64,000 nucleotides of DNA from Anaerolineae bacterium (GTDB taxonomy: Bacteria; Chloroflexota; Anaerolineae; UBA1429). Under the pieces are notes generated by a model. That model was given only the letters and a program-made list of their open reading frames with translations, was not told the origin of the DNA and did no database searches. A program made the position numbers and the translations under genes. The stretch spans positions 320,001 through 384,000 of the forward strand of contig OY776562.1 in NCBI GenBank assembly GCA_963675785.1, given 5' to 3'. The stretch's first letter is position 1. Each line of letters begins with the position of its first letter. Positions 9,364 through 21,070 of this stretch are shown piece by piece.

Positions 9364-10632
9364 ATGGATGATTTGAGTAACGAAAAAGAGCCCAAAGTAC
9401 CCCCTGAGAAGGGCTCACGTGGGATAGAAAAGGTCTTACAGTTCTTTGGCTTACAGAGGAACTTGGCAGCATTGCTGGCCATGGTGGTGTTGGTAGGTCT
9501 GGGCGAAAAGATGGCAGAACGCTTTCTTCCGCTCTACCTAGTAGCTTTGGGAGGTGGAACGCTCTCTGTGGGCCTCTTGAACGGCATGGATAATCTCTTG
9601 AGCGCTCTTTATTCATTCCCTGGAGGTTATCTCTCAGAGCGGCTGGGCTACAAAAAAGCACTCATCATTTTTAACCTTATCGCGTTATTTGGCTTTGCCA
9701 TCGTCATCATCTTTCCGTATTGGCAAATGGTGATTGTTGGCTCTGTTTTCTTTTTGTCTTGGACCGCCATATCTCTGCCGGCTACGATGGATATGGTCTC
9801 TAAAGCATTGCCCAAGAACAAGCGAACGATGGGCGTGTCAGTACATTCCTTAGTGCGGCGTATTCCCATGGCAGTTGGCCCCGTGCTCGGTGGCCTGTGT
9901 ATTGACCATTTCGGTTTGAACCTGGGCATCCGCATTGCCTTTGGGATTGCATTTGTTCTGGGCGTGGTTAGTTTGTTCCTACAGCAGGCCTTGATTGAGG
10001 ATGATGGCGCTGGCAAACAGGTTGCCGAAAAGAATCCCCTCAAGCAGTTCAAACTCATTACGCCCGATCTGCGAAATCTGTTGATCTCGGACATCCTGAT
10101 CCGCTTTTGTGAGCAGATTCCTTATGCTTTTATGGCCATCTGGGCCATTCAGACCATCCAGAATCCGATTACTTCGACCCAGTTTGGCCTTCTTACGACC
10201 ATTGAGATGGTAACCGCGATGTTGGTATACATCCCGGTGGCCTATTTTGCCGATAGGAATACCAAAAAGCCTTTTGTGGCGATGACATTTGTCTTTTTTA
10301 CACTATTCCCTCTCATACTTTTATTTAGTCAGTCCATGCCCATGTTGATTCTTGCCTTTATCATCCGCGGTCTCAAGGAATTTGGTGAGCCCACACGCAA
10401 GGCGTTGATCATGGATTTGGCACCAGAGGAACACAAGGCGGCAACTTTTGGTGTTTACTATCTCGTGCGTGATGTGATCGTTTCCATTGCGGCATTTGGC
10501 GGTGCTTTCCTCTGGAAGCTTTCCCCAGAAATCAACCTTCTTGTTGCCTTTGGTTTTGGCGTTCTGGGCACACTGGTATTCATCATCTTTGGCAAAGATC
10601 TTGGAGGACAAAAAGCAGCCTCCGAAGCTTAG
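9364..10632 (+). CDS. MFS transporter
   Basis: About 12 hydrophobic helices and the GGYLSERLGYKK motif A. Confidence 0.9.
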   Translation: MDDLSNEKEPKVPPEKGSRGIEKVLQFFGLQRNLAALLAMVVLVGLGEKMAERFLPLYLVALGGGTLSVGLLNGMDNLLSALYSFPGGYLSERLGYKKALIIFNLIALFGFAIVIIFPYWQMVIVGSVFFLSWTAISLPATMDMVSKALPKNKRTMGVSVHSLVRRIPMAVGPVLGGLCIDHFGLNLGIRIAFGIAFVLGVVSLFLQQALIEDDGAGKQVAEKNPLKQFKLITPDLRNLLISDILIRFCEQIPYAFMAIWAIQTIQNPITSTQFGLLTTIEMVTAMLVYIPVAYFADRNTKKPFVAMTFVFFTLFPLILLFSQSMPMLILAFIIRGLKEFGEPTRKALIMDLAPEEHKAATFGVYYLVRDVIVSIAAFGGAFLWKLSPEINLLVAFGFGVLGTLVFIIFGKDLGGQKAASEA

Positions 10633-10774
10633 GCTTTTGACTCGAGCATAATGCATGATTAGCAGGCTGCGATTTATCGTAGCCTGCTTTAACTTTTGGG
10701 GTTGTTTTGTTATGATGCCATCAGGCATCAGGGAGGATGTTCGCAGGCGCGTTAAGAAAGGCAAAGGAGCGTCT

Positions 10775-12100
10775 ATGGAAGGCCAACAGCAGCTCGTTCC
10801 GGATGTTACACAAAAGGCAGTCAAGGGTTGGGTTATGTACGATTGGGCCAACTCTGCATTTGCCACAACCATTATGGCAGCCGTGCTGCCTGTCTACTAT
10901 TCAAGTGTAGCTAGCAAGGGATTGGATTCAGCAGAGGCTACGGCGAACTGGGCTTTTACCACCACCATTGCACTGGTCCTGGTGGCCTTTTTATCTCCGG
11001 TTCTTGGCGCTATGGCAGATTATGCCGGCTCTAAGAAGCGTTTTCTCACTCTATTTGTTATTATTGGTGTCTTAGGTACAGGGTTACTCTATTTTGTTGG
11101 AGAAGGAGACTGGAAGCTCGCCTCACTGCTTTATATCGTGGGAAGTGTGGGCTTTTCCGGCTCTATTGTTTTTTATGATTCACTGTTGCCGCACATTACC
11201 ACATCAGAGAATATAGATCAGGTTTCCAGCCGAGGATATGCCCTGGGTTACCTGGGCGGTGGACTCATGCTGGCGGTCAATCTGGCTATGATCATGTTTG
11301 CCCCCGATAGTTTGACCGAACTCATGTCACGCATCTCTTTTGCGATGGTGGCGGTGTGGTGGCTTGTTTTCACGCTCCCCCTCTTGCGCAATGTACCCGA
11401 GCCGCTGCGTCGCATTCGCCAGAGTGAAGAGGGACTCAGCCCCATTCGCGCTAGCTTTAACCGGTTGGGCAATACCTTTGGTGAGCTTCGCAGATATCGT
11501 CAATTGCTCAAGTTCATTATTGCCTTTTGGCTTTATAACAATGGTATTGGCACCATCATCTATATGGCTACGATCTATGGCACAGAGTTGGGATTCAGCA
11601 GCACAACCACTATTGGCACATTGCTAATGGTGCAGTTTGTGGCCATCCCCTTTGCTTACTTGTTTGGCTGGCTGGCCAAAAAGATTGGCACCAAGACATC
11701 CATCCTTGTCAGCCTCGGCATCTATTCTGTGATCGCTATTGCAGGCTATTTTCTTTATGAAGAATGGCAGTTTTGGGCACTAGGCTTTGCCGTGGCCATG
11801 GTGCAGGGCGGCAGTCAGGCTCTCAGTCGCTCATTGTGTGGGCGCATGATGCCCAAAAGCAAGTCAGCCGAGTTCTTTGGCTTTTTCAGTGTCAGCGAAA
11901 AGATCGCAGGAACTGTTGGTCCGCTGGTATTCGGCCTGGTTAGCACGCTTATGGGCGGCAGTCGCCTCAGCATTGTTTCTCTGATCATCTTTTTCATCTC
12001 GGGCGCTCTGTTGTTGTTGACTGTCGATGAAAAGGAAGGCATTCGGGTGGCTCAACAAGAAGAAGCCGAATTTATGGCCTCTACCGAGCTGATTGCTTAA
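10775..12100 (+). CDS. MFS transporter, UMF1/ATG22-like family
   Basis: WVMYDWANSAF and GGSQALSRS motifs. Start moved to ATG 10775, behind AAGGAG. Confidence 0.9.
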   Translation: MEGQQQLVPDVTQKAVKGWVMYDWANSAFATTIMAAVLPVYYSSVASKGLDSAEATANWAFTTTIALVLVAFLSPVLGAMADYAGSKKRFLTLFVIIGVLGTGLLYFVGEGDWKLASLLYIVGSVGFSGSIVFYDSLLPHITTSENIDQVSSRGYALGYLGGGLMLAVNLAMIMFAPDSLTELMSRISFAMVAVWWLVFTLPLLRNVPEPLRRIRQSEEGLSPIRASFNRLGNTFGELRRYRQLLKFIIAFWLYNNGIGTIIYMATIYGTELGFSSTTTIGTLLMVQFVAIPFAYLFGWLAKKIGTKTSILVSLGIYSVIAIAGYFLYEEWQFWALGFAVAMVQGGSQALSRSLCGRMMPKSKSAEFFGFFSVSEKIAGTVGPLVFGLVSTLMGGSRLSIVSLIIFFISGALLLLTVDEKEGIRVAQQEEAEFMASTELIA

Positions 12101-12124
12101 TCTAGAGCGTTATTCGGAAAATGC

Positions 12125-12156
12125 CGAGTCCCCCTATTCTTGAATAGGGGGACTCG
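12125..12156. terminator. hairpin between convergent genes
   Basis: CGAGTCCCCCTATTC/GAATAGGGGGACTCG. Confidence 0.65.
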
Positions 12157-12197
12157 CGCAAGGAGGAAGGTTGTTGCTCAAAGCTAGGCGTTGGCTG

Positions 12198-13427
12198 TTA
12201 TTCGACTGGTGTCGCACCTAGCTCTAGGGAAATGGTCATTTCTTGAGAATCACGCAGGATCAAAAGCTCTATTTCGTCTCCGACCTGGGTTTCAGTCTCC
12301 AGGTAGAGGGTAAGATCCTCAAAGTCTTCGATGGGGGTGTCGTTGATCCCAATAATGATGTCGCCACCTACTATAAACTGATAGCCGCTGATGCTGATTC
12401 GTTGATCGCCGCCGAGTATGCCGGCTTCATCTGCAGGCCCACCGGCCACAATACTGCTAATCAAAAGGCCACTATCTACAGAGATATCTGCACCGGCCTC
12501 GTTCAGTACTTCGGTCAGCGATTCTGATAATGTGAGCATGCTCGCACCGATATATGGATGTTCATAGGTTCCTTCTTCAATCAGAACGGGCACTACGCGC
12601 TTGATAGTTGCCGAAGATACTGCAAACCCGATACCCGATGAAGAACCGCTCTCACTGATGATTTGTGAGTTGATGCCGATGACTTCGCCGCTCAGATTGA
12701 TCAAGGGTCCACCCGAGTTACCGGGATTGATGGCGGCATCTGTCTGGATAGCTTCACCGATAAAACGATCGTCTTCCGGACTTTCAATCACGCGCCCAAG
12801 AGCACTAATAATGCCGGTGGTTAGCGTCTGATCCAAGCCATACGGGTTGCCAATGGCCAAGACGGTCTGTCCAACGCGCAGATTGTCTGAATCGCCAATG
12901 ACCAATGGATCGGGTAGAGAATCGCCTGCATCAATGTACAGCACAGCCAGATCGTTCACGGCGTCATACCCTACAACCTCGGCGGTGTAGCTCTCACCAT
13001 CCGATAGCGTTACAATCACTTCATCAGCATCTTCAACGACATGATAGTTGGTAAGGATATGGCCTTCGGTGTCATATACAAAGCCAGAACCGGTACCTTC
13101 TTCTGCCGTGCTCCCCATGAAACGGTCATAGTAATAGATGGTGACACTGATGTTTACAACCGAAGGGCTGAGCTCGTCATATAGGCTGATAAGCTGCTCT
13201 TCCTGCGTCGATTCGATGACGACAGTTTGTTGTGAAGACTCCTCGGCATTGTTGGCAACAACAGCCGTGGCCGTTGGCTCTGCCGTGGCTGCCTCTGTTA
13301 CCGAGGTTGCAGAAGAGGCATCGGCAACAGGTGTTGTTGTCAGGTTGCTTAGTTGGGGCGTGCAGCCTACTACAAATGCAAGAGTTGCTATCCCAACAAT
13401 CGACATACGTACATAATTCTTTTTCAT
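12198..13427 (-). CDS. HtrA/DegP-like serine protease lipoprotein with PDZ domain
   Basis: GTGSGF, TNYHV, DLAVL and DAAINPGNSGGPL motifs, lipobox VVGC. Start ATG 13427. Confidence 0.93.
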   Translation of the reverse strand: MKKNYVRMSIVGIATLAFVVGCTPQLSNLTTTPVADASSATSVTEAATAEPTATAVVANNAEESSQQTVVIESTQEEQLISLYDELSPSVVNISVTIYYYDRFMGSTAEEGTGSGFVYDTEGHILTNYHVVEDADEVIVTLSDGESYTAEVVGYDAVNDLAVLYIDAGDSLPDPLVIGDSDNLRVGQTVLAIGNPYGLDQTLTTGIISALGRVIESPEDDRFIGEAIQTDAAINPGNSGGPLINLSGEVIGINSQIISESGSSSGIGFAVSSATIKRVVPVLIEEGTYEHPYIGASMLTLSESLTEVLNEAGADISVDSGLLISSIVAGGPADEAGILGGDQRISISGYQFIVGGDIIIGINDTPIEDFEDLTLYLETETQVGDEIELLILRDSQEMTISLELGATPVE

Positions 13428-13601
13428 GTCTTCCCTCCGCGCCATAACTGCGGTAATGCGTTGTAGATATGTTAATCTCAAACTGTTAAGAAGCAGTTGA
13501 AGTGCAAATAAAGTTCAATGCAATGAAGAGACGAGTTGAACGAACAATGGTTCGTGATGGACGAGTGAAACCGAGGCGCCTTGTCTTTTTAGGAGGAATT
13601 T

Positions 13602-15059
13602 TTGAGTAAGAACAGATGCTTTGCGCCACTGCTTTTGATACTCCCACTACTTATCAGCATTGTCTTTTTGCATTGCTTTCTTATGCCCACTGACCCGGAT
13701 TACTGGTGGCATGTGACAGCCGGTCGTACCATCATCGAAACCGGCTCTATTCCTCATACCGATCCATTTTCGTACACCTCTTTTGGTAAGGAATGGGTAG
13801 CGCACGAATGGTTCTCCGAAGTCGTCTTTTACGGTGTGGAGCAGGCTTTTGGCTATGTTGGCAATGTCGTTCTGTTCGGCCTGATTCTCTGTCTCATCTG
13901 GTACATCGTCTATCGCATAACACGCGATCGTGGCATTGGTGAACTGGGGGCGGCTTTTTGTGCCACAATCTGGTTTGTCATGGCTCGCGGCTCGCTGAAT
14001 GTTCGCCCTCAGGTTTGGACGGTACTCTTGTTCAGTTTGACGGTATTCATTCTGCAGCGCCGCCTGCTGGATCATCGCGGAAGCCTTTGGCCGCTCGCGC
14101 CGATCATGCTTCTCTGGGTCAACTTGCACGGCGGCTATGTCATTGGCCTGGGCACGATGGGCGTCGCATCCGTTTGTGCTTTTATCATGGCCCAGCCCGG
14201 CACAAGGTGGCCCAGTGCCCGACCTTTTGTGTATATTTTGCTTGCATGTTTGGCCGCTACTCTCCTTAACCCTAACGGTATTGACGCTTTGTTATACCCT
14301 TTTTCTTACGCTGGTACGGGCAATGCCTCAATGCAATATGTCCAGGAATGGCAGTCTCCAAACTTTCATAATTCGGCGCTGCTTGTTTCTGCCGTTTTGC
14401 TGGGAATTCTTGTTGCGCTGCCTGGTAAGACAACCTGGTGGGATGCACTGATGGTGGGAGGGCTGGCCGTTATGGCGTTGGTATCGGCCCGGCATTTGCC
14501 GTTGTTTGGCATTGTGGCGGTGAGCCTGTTGGCTTTTCGTATGGTGGGGTTATTACCGGGGCTGATAGCATCGATCAAGGCTTGGCCGACATTGCGCTTG
14601 CTTTGGGTTCTCTGTCTGGTCTGGCCAATCGTGGGGATCAATAACATCTATCGCACCGTGCAGGCAGAGCAGCCGCTTCAGGTGGGGCGCATGGCCACCA
14701 CCTATGGCTATCCCTATGAGGCCGTAGAATTCTTGCGCGGAATGGATTATCAGGGCAACATTCTGAACCAATACGACTGGGGCGGCTATTTGATCTATGC
14801 CGCCTATCCAGAATCAGCTCGTTATGTCTTTATAGATGGACGTGCCGATGTGCATGGCGATGCGCTGATGAGCGATTATATGTTGGCGGTAGGGGCAGAG
14901 CCAGGTTGGGCCGAGGTGCTAGATAAATACGGAATTGGCGTTGTGCTGCTGGGCCCCAACAACGCCCTTGTCTCTGTATTAGATGTCAGTTCTGACTGGT
15001 CGCAGGCGTTCACAGACGAGCTCTCGGTGATCTACATTCGCAGTGGAGTAAGTAACTGA
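13602..15059 (+). CDS. polytopic membrane protein, probable GT-C glycosyltransferase-like
   Basis: DPDYWWH after the first TM helix, WVNLHGG, and C-terminal YDWGGYL/FIDGR motifs. Confidence 0.65.
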   Translation: MSKNRCFAPLLLILPLLISIVFLHCFLMPTDPDYWWHVTAGRTIIETGSIPHTDPFSYTSFGKEWVAHEWFSEVVFYGVEQAFGYVGNVVLFGLILCLIWYIVYRITRDRGIGELGAAFCATIWFVMARGSLNVRPQVWTVLLFSLTVFILQRRLLDHRGSLWPLAPIMLLWVNLHGGYVIGLGTMGVASVCAFIMAQPGTRWPSARPFVYILLACLAATLLNPNGIDALLYPFSYAGTGNASMQYVQEWQSPNFHNSALLVSAVLLGILVALPGKTTWWDALMVGGLAVMALVSARHLPLFGIVAVSLLAFRMVGLLPGLIASIKAWPTLRLLWVLCLVWPIVGINNIYRTVQAEQPLQVGRMATTYGYPYEAVEFLRGMDYQGNILNQYDWGGYLIYAAYPESARYVFIDGRADVHGDALMSDYMLAVGAEPGWAEVLDKYGIGVVLLGPNNALVSVLDVSSDWSQAFTDELSVIYIRSGVSN

Positions 15060-15120
15060 TTCGTTTGCGAGATACAATCGCACTATTTAGAAATAGCTAT
15101 TCTGATAGGGCATCAATGTA

Positions 15121-15154
15121 AACGGGGGAGACATCAGCCGACGTCTCCCCCGTT
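15121..15154. terminator. hairpin between convergent genes
   Basis: AACGGGGGAGAC/GTCTCCCCCGTT. Confidence 0.7.
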
Positions 15155-15167
15155 TCATCTCTTTGCG

Positions 15168-16265
15168 CTAAATCTGATTGGCGATTCCCTCGCCCAGTTT
15201 GGCACTGGCGATGCGTGCCTTGCGAACCACATCAATGCCATATGGGCATCGTACTGCATTCGCTTCTTTGAGCAGGGCATCTGCATCAAACCCAGCGGCG
15301 GCATAGCGGCTCTTGGCCTCGTCAGCATAGTCGAACCAGCCACCCAGGCGTAGCCGTAAGGCATAATCCGCCGGATCATGTGGTAAATAGTCGATCATCT
15401 GCCGATCCAGATAACCCTCCAGGCGGAAAAGATGCATGAGCTCTTGGCTGCAGGCGCCGCACTGGCGGCAGACATAGTTGCCCAGTTCGGGCGCATTTTT
15501 CAGGATGGCGGCACGTTCTTCTGCGCTGGCCGGCCCCATTTCTAGGGCCTGAACGGCCTGCTGTACATGCTCTATCGTGTTCATGCCACAAACCATCACA
15601 TCGGCGCCAGAACCAAGGGCATAACGCATGGCCTGGATTGGCGAGCGGTAGAGGAATCCGTCGGCCAGAGGCTTCATGGCTGTGACGGTGACACCAGCAG
15701 CATGAGCCGCTGGAAAGACTTGCTCATGGAGTTCGGGAATCCACTGCTCTTCCAGATAGTTGCTCCAGGCGAGTATGAGCGACAGTGGCAAGCGGCGAAT
15801 ACCCTCCAGATAGAGCTCGGGTGGGCGATGAGTACTCAGCCCCATGCCGGTGATGACGCCCTGCTCTTTGGCTTCCAGTAGTGCTTCGAGAGCACCGCCA
15901 GAGCCCGAGATGGTGTCGAGATCATCCATAGTATTCACGCCGTGAAAAAAGTAGAAATCGATATGATCGGTCTGCAGGGCAGTCAGCGAGGCCTCTACAT
16001 CCCGCCGCATCTCATCGGCGGTGCGCGCGCTGCTTTTGCTGGCAAGCACTACCTGGTTGCGCCTTCCCTTGAGTAGGCGTCCCAACTTAACCTCTGAGGC
16101 ACCGCGTCCGTACGAACGAGCGGTTTCGATGTAATTGCCGCCAGCATTCACAAAGGTGTCTATCACTTGGGCAATAACGTCTGAGCTGATCTCTACCTGG
16201 TGAAAGCCGCCTAGTGCAAGCTGGCTGACACAAGTGCCCGTATTGCCGATTTCTATGCGTTTCAT
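15168..16265 (-). CDS. aldo/keto reductase with C-terminal Cys (Fe-S-like) motif
   Basis: NYIETARSYG, SLTALQTDHID, MKPLADG and CRQCGAC...CP motifs. Confidence 0.85.
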   Translation of the reverse strand: MKRIEIGNTGTCVSQLALGGFHQVEISSDVIAQVIDTFVNAGGNYIETARSYGRGASEVKLGRLLKGRRNQVVLASKSSARTADEMRRDVEASLTALQTDHIDFYFFHGVNTMDDLDTISGSGGALEALLEAKEQGVITGMGLSTHRPPELYLEGIRRLPLSLILAWSNYLEEQWIPELHEQVFPAAHAAGVTVTAMKPLADGFLYRSPIQAMRYALGSGADVMVCGMNTIEHVQQAVQALEMGPASAEERAAILKNAPELGNYVCRQCGACSQELMHLFRLEGYLDRQMIDYLPHDPADYALRLRLGGWFDYADEAKSRYAAAGFDADALLKEANAVRCPYGIDVVRKARIASAKLGEGIANQI

Positions 16266-16314
16266 GCTTCCTCCACTGTCGCCATTATGTTCGGACTCAT
16301 CTGAAGCACGTCCT

Positions 16315-17034
16315 TTAGTAGGTCAAGGCGTTGATATAGATTTCACCCTCACCTTCGAAATTGTGCGTTGATTCCATATCATCACTCTTGCCTGTGGCCA
16401 CAATGATGGGGTAGGTCTCTCCCAGCGCCAGAGGCTTGTCATATTCATCCCCCGAGTCTAAGGGGATCTGGAACTCGAGGGTTGTTACGCCATCCAGCTC
16501 AATAGCAGCATAGTTGATCAAGTCATTGGTACCACCGAGATCGACATCGGAAAGATGGGTGCGGCCCGTAGGTTCTGTACCATACTGGTCATCTATGGTG
16601 GGCCCGGCATCATCTACATAGGCAAAGATATAGTTGGCACCTTCCATGCGATCCACGGGGTCCAGACCCACGGCAAGCCAACCTTCTGTCTCGGCTTGTA
16701 GGGCCATGTAGAGATAGCTGCCATCGCTGCTCCAAACTATGCGTACCGTGCCGATTGTGGTCTCATAGTCATACTCATTCTCGGTGATCCAGCCATCGGC
16801 GACAAAAGTTGCCTCCTGAACGGGTGTCTCGGTTAGCTCGACTGTTGGTGCAGCAGTGGCTCCGTCGGGTGCCGCCTCTGTAGCCGTGGGTTCTGGTTCA
16901 TTGGTCGCAGTTGGCGCTGTAGTGGCAGCAGGGGTAGCCGTATCACTCTGGCAGCCAGCCACAATGATCATGGCCAACGAAAGGATCAAGACGGATATGA
17001 TGGATAGAATTCGGCTATTCTTGTATGTGTTCAT
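16315..17034 (-). CDS. DOMON-domain lipoprotein
   Basis: Lipobox VAGC, PT linker, GWLAVG...MEGANYI and a C-terminal His. Confidence 0.75.
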   Translation of the reverse strand: MNTYKNSRILSIISVLILSLAMIIVAGCQSDTATPAATTAPTATNEPEPTATEAAPDGATAAPTVELTETPVQEATFVADGWITENEYDYETTIGTVRIVWSSDGSYLYMALQAETEGWLAVGLDPVDRMEGANYIFAYVDDAGPTIDDQYGTEPTGRTHLSDVDLGGTNDLINYAAIELDGVTTLEFQIPLDSGDEYDKPLALGETYPIIVATGKSDDMESTHNFEGEGEIYINALTY

Positions 17035-17278
17035 GGTGTTCTCCCAAAATTGCTAATCTACATGGTTGCCCACAGCAACCACAATGTCATGCTTGCTGTT
17101 TCTACGTTATGACGATTATCAGGTGGGTGGCTCATCAAAAGGAATCACTTCTATCGTAATTGAGGGTGGTAACACAGTCAATGTGCTTTATGGCCAATCT
17201 ATTAGCAAAAAGGCCGGAGCAAGATTTTGCCCCGACCCTTTATTATGCCACTCATACAGAGTGGCAGGTATAGATACC

Positions 17279-19744
17279 TCAGCCCCGTGTGTAAAGCGGA
17301 CGGATGTCTGCTTTACGTAGCAAGTTGGCATTGGTGACGACAGTGATGCTGCTAAAGGCCATGGCTGTCTCTGCCAAGATGGGGTGCATCCAGCCGATAA
17401 AGGCCAACGGCATCATGATCAGGTTGTAGAAAAAGGCCCAGAATAGATTTTGGCGAATCTTTTTGAACGTTGCCTGGCTCAGATTGATAGCCTCAATGAC
17501 GCCGCGCAGTTCACTGTGCACAATGGTCACATCGGCCGATTCGATGGCAATATCGGTGCCTGCACCAATGGCAATACCCACATCGGCTTGCTTGAGAGCC
17601 GGGGCGTCGTTGATGCCGTCACCTACAAAAGCGATCTTGCCGAATTCAGCCTGTAATCGCTTGATCTCGGTGACCTTGCCCTCGGGCATAACACCCGCCA
17701 CCACATGATCGATACCCACTTTGCGGCCGATAGCTTCGGCAGTGGTTTGGTTGTCACCGGTAAGCATGGCTGTGGCAATGCCCATTCTTTGCAGCTCGTG
17801 TATAGCGTTGGCTGCATTGTCTTTGATCGCGTCGAGAAGGCCAATGGCAGCGGCGGCTGTTCCGTCTACTGCGATAACCATGATGCTCATGCCCCGGTTC
17901 TTGATGCTCTCGACAGATGTGGCAATATTGCCCAGATCGATGCCTTCCATGGTCATAAAATCCACTGATCCCACGATGACGCGCTTATTTTCTATAACCG
18001 TACGTACGCCTCGGCCACTTATGGCTTCAAAGCTCGATGGCGTGATGAGTTCGATCGAATTGGCCTTTGCCCGTTCGACGATGGCCCGTCCCAATGGGTG
18101 TTCAGATCCTGCTTCAGCACTCGCAGCGAGCTCGAGTATTTCGGCTATAGTCCATTCGGATTCAGGCATGATCTCAGCAACTTCGGGTTTTCCTTTGGTC
18201 AAAGTGCCGGTTTTATCAAATACTACCAGTTTGACGTCTTTGAGAACCTCGATGGCACGGCCAGAACGCAAGAGCACACCGCGTTCGGCACCCATGCCGA
18301 TACCTACCATCAGTGCTGTAGGTGTGGCTAGGCCCAACGCACAGGGGCAAGCAATAACTAAAATAGAAACGATTGACATAATAATAGCACTTGCACCAGT
18401 GACGTTTGTCGAAACCCAGGGCAAAAAGTTACCAGCATTGCGCAGGTTTACCATGGTCTCTGGAAAGATCAGCCAAGCTAACAAGGCAATGCCAGCCAAC
18501 CCCAGCACTATGGGTACAAACACGGCTGTCACACGGTCGGCCAGCTTTTGCACCGGCACGCGTGAGGCCTGTGCTTCTTCGACCAGACGGATGATCTGGG
18601 CGAGAAAAGTGTCTTTGCCGACATGCGTGGCCTCGATTTTGAGCAGGCCGTCATAGTTGATGGTGGCTCCCAGTACATCGTCTCCGGGCTGTTTGAGTAC
18701 GGGCACGCTTTCGCCAGTGGCCACAGATTCATCGATGCTGCCTAAGCCTGAGAGCACGCGCCCATCGGTGGGAATCTTTTCTCCGGGTCGGACGGTCATC
18801 ACATCGCCAAGGCGTATTTCAGAGGCGGATATTTCAAGTTCCTGGCCGTTTCGTTCAATGTGGGCGGTTTTGGCTCCCAGTTCGACCAGCTTTTTGACGG
18901 CTTGTGAGGCATTGCCACGCGCTTTGGCTTCGATATAGCGTCCTGTTAGGTGAATGGCCATGATCATGCCGGCAACGCCAGCGTAACTGGCTACCGACAT
19001 GAAAAAGGACAATGGGCCGGTGACAAAGGCTGTTATCGAACCCATCATGATCAGGCTGTCCATGTTGGCATTGCCGCTCCACAGTGCCTTCCAGCCACTC
19101 TTGAGCGTGGGCCAGCCGGGCCAGAACAACACGGGGACGGCCAGAACGATCATGCCGATTTCATAGATGACGCTGCTGACGATTTCTACGCCAAAGACCA
19201 TGCGTAACAGCATCCACAGCATGGCAGGGCCGCCAAAGGCCCAGGCGATCCACATTCTGCGCTTGGCTTCCTGCAATTGCTGTTCTGTGCGGGTGTAACG
19301 GTCTGGGGATGTAATGGTCTCAGCCGCTTGAAGCGTGGCTGAATAGCCGGCTGTTTCTACGGCGGCGAGAAGATCCTGCACTTTTACTATTTCAGCGATG
19401 GCTGTTACCTGGGCCGAATTGGCAGCCAGGTTGACCACGGCATCCATCACGCCGCCTACTTCCATCAACGCTGCCTGAACGTGTGCTGAGCACATGGCGC
19501 AGTGCATGCCGTCGATATTGAGCATGATGGTTTCAGTTGGCACATCATAACCGGCGTGCTGCACGGCCTCAATAATATCTTTGGCGACGAGTTTGTCGGT
19601 GGTGAGATCGACCTGAGCCGTGTTGGTGGCCAGATTCACGGTTACTTCACCTATGCCGCCGATTTCTGTAAGCGCATGTTCCACATGTAGGGCACATGCC
19701 GCACAGTGCATACCCGAGATGGGAATAGCAACCTTTTTAGGCAT
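17279..19744 (-). CDS. copA: copper-translocating P1B-type ATPase
   Basis: Two GMHCxxC HMA domains, [24 protein letters not shown] and YN/MxxSS Cu(I) signature. Confidence 0.93.
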   Translation of the reverse strand: MPKKVAIPISGMHCAACALHVEHALTEIGGIGEVTVNLATNTAQVDLTTDKLVAKDIIEAVQHAGYDVPTETIMLNIDGMHCAMCSAHVQAALMEVGGVMDAVVNLAANSAQVTAIAEIVKVQDLLAAVETAGYSATLQAAETITSPDRYTRTEQQLQEAKRRMWIAWAFGGPAMLWMLLRMVFGVEIVSSVIYEIGMIVLAVPVLFWPGWPTLKSGWKALWSGNANMDSLIMMGSITAFVTGPLSFFMSVASYAGVAGMIMAIHLTGRYIEAKARGNASQAVKKLVELGAKTAHIERNGQELEISASEIRLGDVMTVRPGEKIPTDGRVLSGLGSIDESVATGESVPVLKQPGDDVLGATINYDGLLKIEATHVGKDTFLAQIIRLVEEAQASRVPVQKLADRVTAVFVPIVLGLAGIALLAWLIFPETMVNLRNAGNFLPWVSTNVTGASAIIMSIVSILVIACPCALGLATPTALMVGIGMGAERGVLLRSGRAIEVLKDVKLVVFDKTGTLTKGKPEVAEIMPESEWTIAEILELAASAEAGSEHPLGRAIVERAKANSIELITPSSFEAISGRGVRTVIENKRVIVGSVDFMTMEGIDLGNIATSVESIKNRGMSIMVIAVDGTAAAAIGLLDAIKDNAANAIHELQRMGIATAMLTGDNQTTAEAIGRKVGIDHVVAGVMPEGKVTEIKRLQAEFGKIAFVGDGINDAPALKQADVGIAIGAGTDIAIESADVTIVHSELRGVIEAINLSQATFKKIRQNLFWAFFYNLIMMPLAFIGWMHPILAETAMAFSSITVVTNANLLRKADIRPLYTRG

Positions 19745-19791
19745 ATTAGCTCCTCCGGATGTTTCCGGCCGATATATCGATTAGAGACTTT

Positions 19792-19815
19792 GGCATACCT
19801 CTTAGGGGGTATGCC
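19792..19815. promoter_or_regulatory. CsoR-type operator upstream of copA
   Basis: GGCATACCTCTTAGGGGGTATGCC (TACC...GGGGGTA pseudo-palindrome), next to a minus-strand TATAAT at 19819-19824. Confidence 0.7.
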
Positions 19816-20041
19816 TATATTATATACCATCCTGCAAATTTCTGTTTCTGACGTTTATGATATCAACAGAAACAAAGTGGCGGATATTTTGAGTGTGTGC
19901 AACCTACAAAGCCCGAGGTGTCTTGAAGGGTGGCGAGCCGGCTGTATATAATAGTTTCCTCGATTGGCGCTCTTGCTGGGATCTGTTTTGTATTAGGTGT
20001 CGGGAAAACCGCAATGACCGCGTTATTTGCCTTGGTAGGGC

Positions 20042-20980
20042 TCAATCGCCGAAATTGGGTCGATCCGCTGAGCGGCTCATGCTACAGGTCTCGCCCACAT
20101 ACTCGACTTCGACGGTAGCATGGGAAAAGCCATGTTTTTGGGCAATATCTCGGGCGTCGCATTTGATATCGACCATCTGCTGGCGGCCAATACTTGAGTC
20201 GGCTACAAGATGCGTGGTAAAGACATTCTGTTCACCGTCCAGCGACCATACATGAGTATGGTGAACGTCCTGAACTGAGGGGATGGCACGCAGCTCGGCT
20301 TCCAGTTCATTGATGCTGATTTCATCGGGAACTGCCTGCAAAAAGAGCTGGCCGGTCTTGCGTAGAGCATGGTAAACGTTGTACAGTACCCAGGCTGTAA
20401 TACCCAACGAGAGTATGGGGTCGAGGATGGGAATGTCCCAGATGAGCAGGATGATGCTGACAATCAATACAGCCACCCAGCCAACGGCATCTTCCATCAG
20501 ATGGAGCATGGCCGTACGAGCGTTCAGACCGGATTCGCCGCGCAACCTGAGCACAGCAGCTCCGTTGACAGCCACACCAACGAGAGCCAACACAAGCATA
20601 CCGTTGGCGTTTGGGGGTGTGGGATTGGACAGAGCTGGTATGGCGCGATAGAGTACGAAAACTGAACCGCCCAACAATACCAGTAGATTGAGCAGGGCGC
20701 CCAGTAGCGAAAAGCGGCGATAACCGTACGAGTAGCGCGTATCGCCTTCGCGTTCGGCGAAATGCTGCAAATACCAGGATACGCCCAGCGAAAGACTATC
20801 GCCCAGGTCGTGTACGGCATCAGATATGATGGCAAGGCTGCCAGTCCACAATCCGCCGATGATCTCGATGATGGTAAAGCCGAGATTCAGGAAAAAGGCG
20901 GTTTGCAAGTTGCCCGAGGCGCCGTGGGCATGGCTATGCTCGTGTGTATGGTTGTGGTCGTGATGATGGTCATGTGTCAT
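20042..20980 (-). CDS. cation diffusion facilitator (CzcD/ZitB-like)
   Basis: His-rich N-terminus, SDAVHDLGD and HLMED motifs. Start moved to ATG 20980, behind AGGAG. Confidence 0.92.
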   Translation of the reverse strand: MTHDHHHDHNHTHEHSHAHGASGNLQTAFFLNLGFTIIEIIGGLWTGSLAIISDAVHDLGDSLSLGVSWYLQHFAEREGDTRYSYGYRRFSLLGALLNLLVLLGGSVFVLYRAIPALSNPTPPNANGMLVLALVGVAVNGAAVLRLRGESGLNARTAMLHLMEDAVGWVAVLIVSIILLIWDIPILDPILSLGITAWVLYNVYHALRKTGQLFLQAVPDEISINELEAELRAIPSVQDVHHTHVWSLDGEQNVFTTHLVADSSIGRQQMVDIKCDARDIAQKHGFSHATVEVEYVGETCSMSRSADRPNFGD

Positions 20981-21070
20981 AATGCTATCTCCTAGCGGTG
21001 TTACAGTCATTGTAAACAGGGTTTAGTACGGCGCAAGTTTTCTTTCAATCAAATTGTAGAGGAGAACGAA

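Noticed and set aside
17450-19690. Long plus-strand ORFs over copA
   Set aside because: These are antisense shadows of a well-supported gene.
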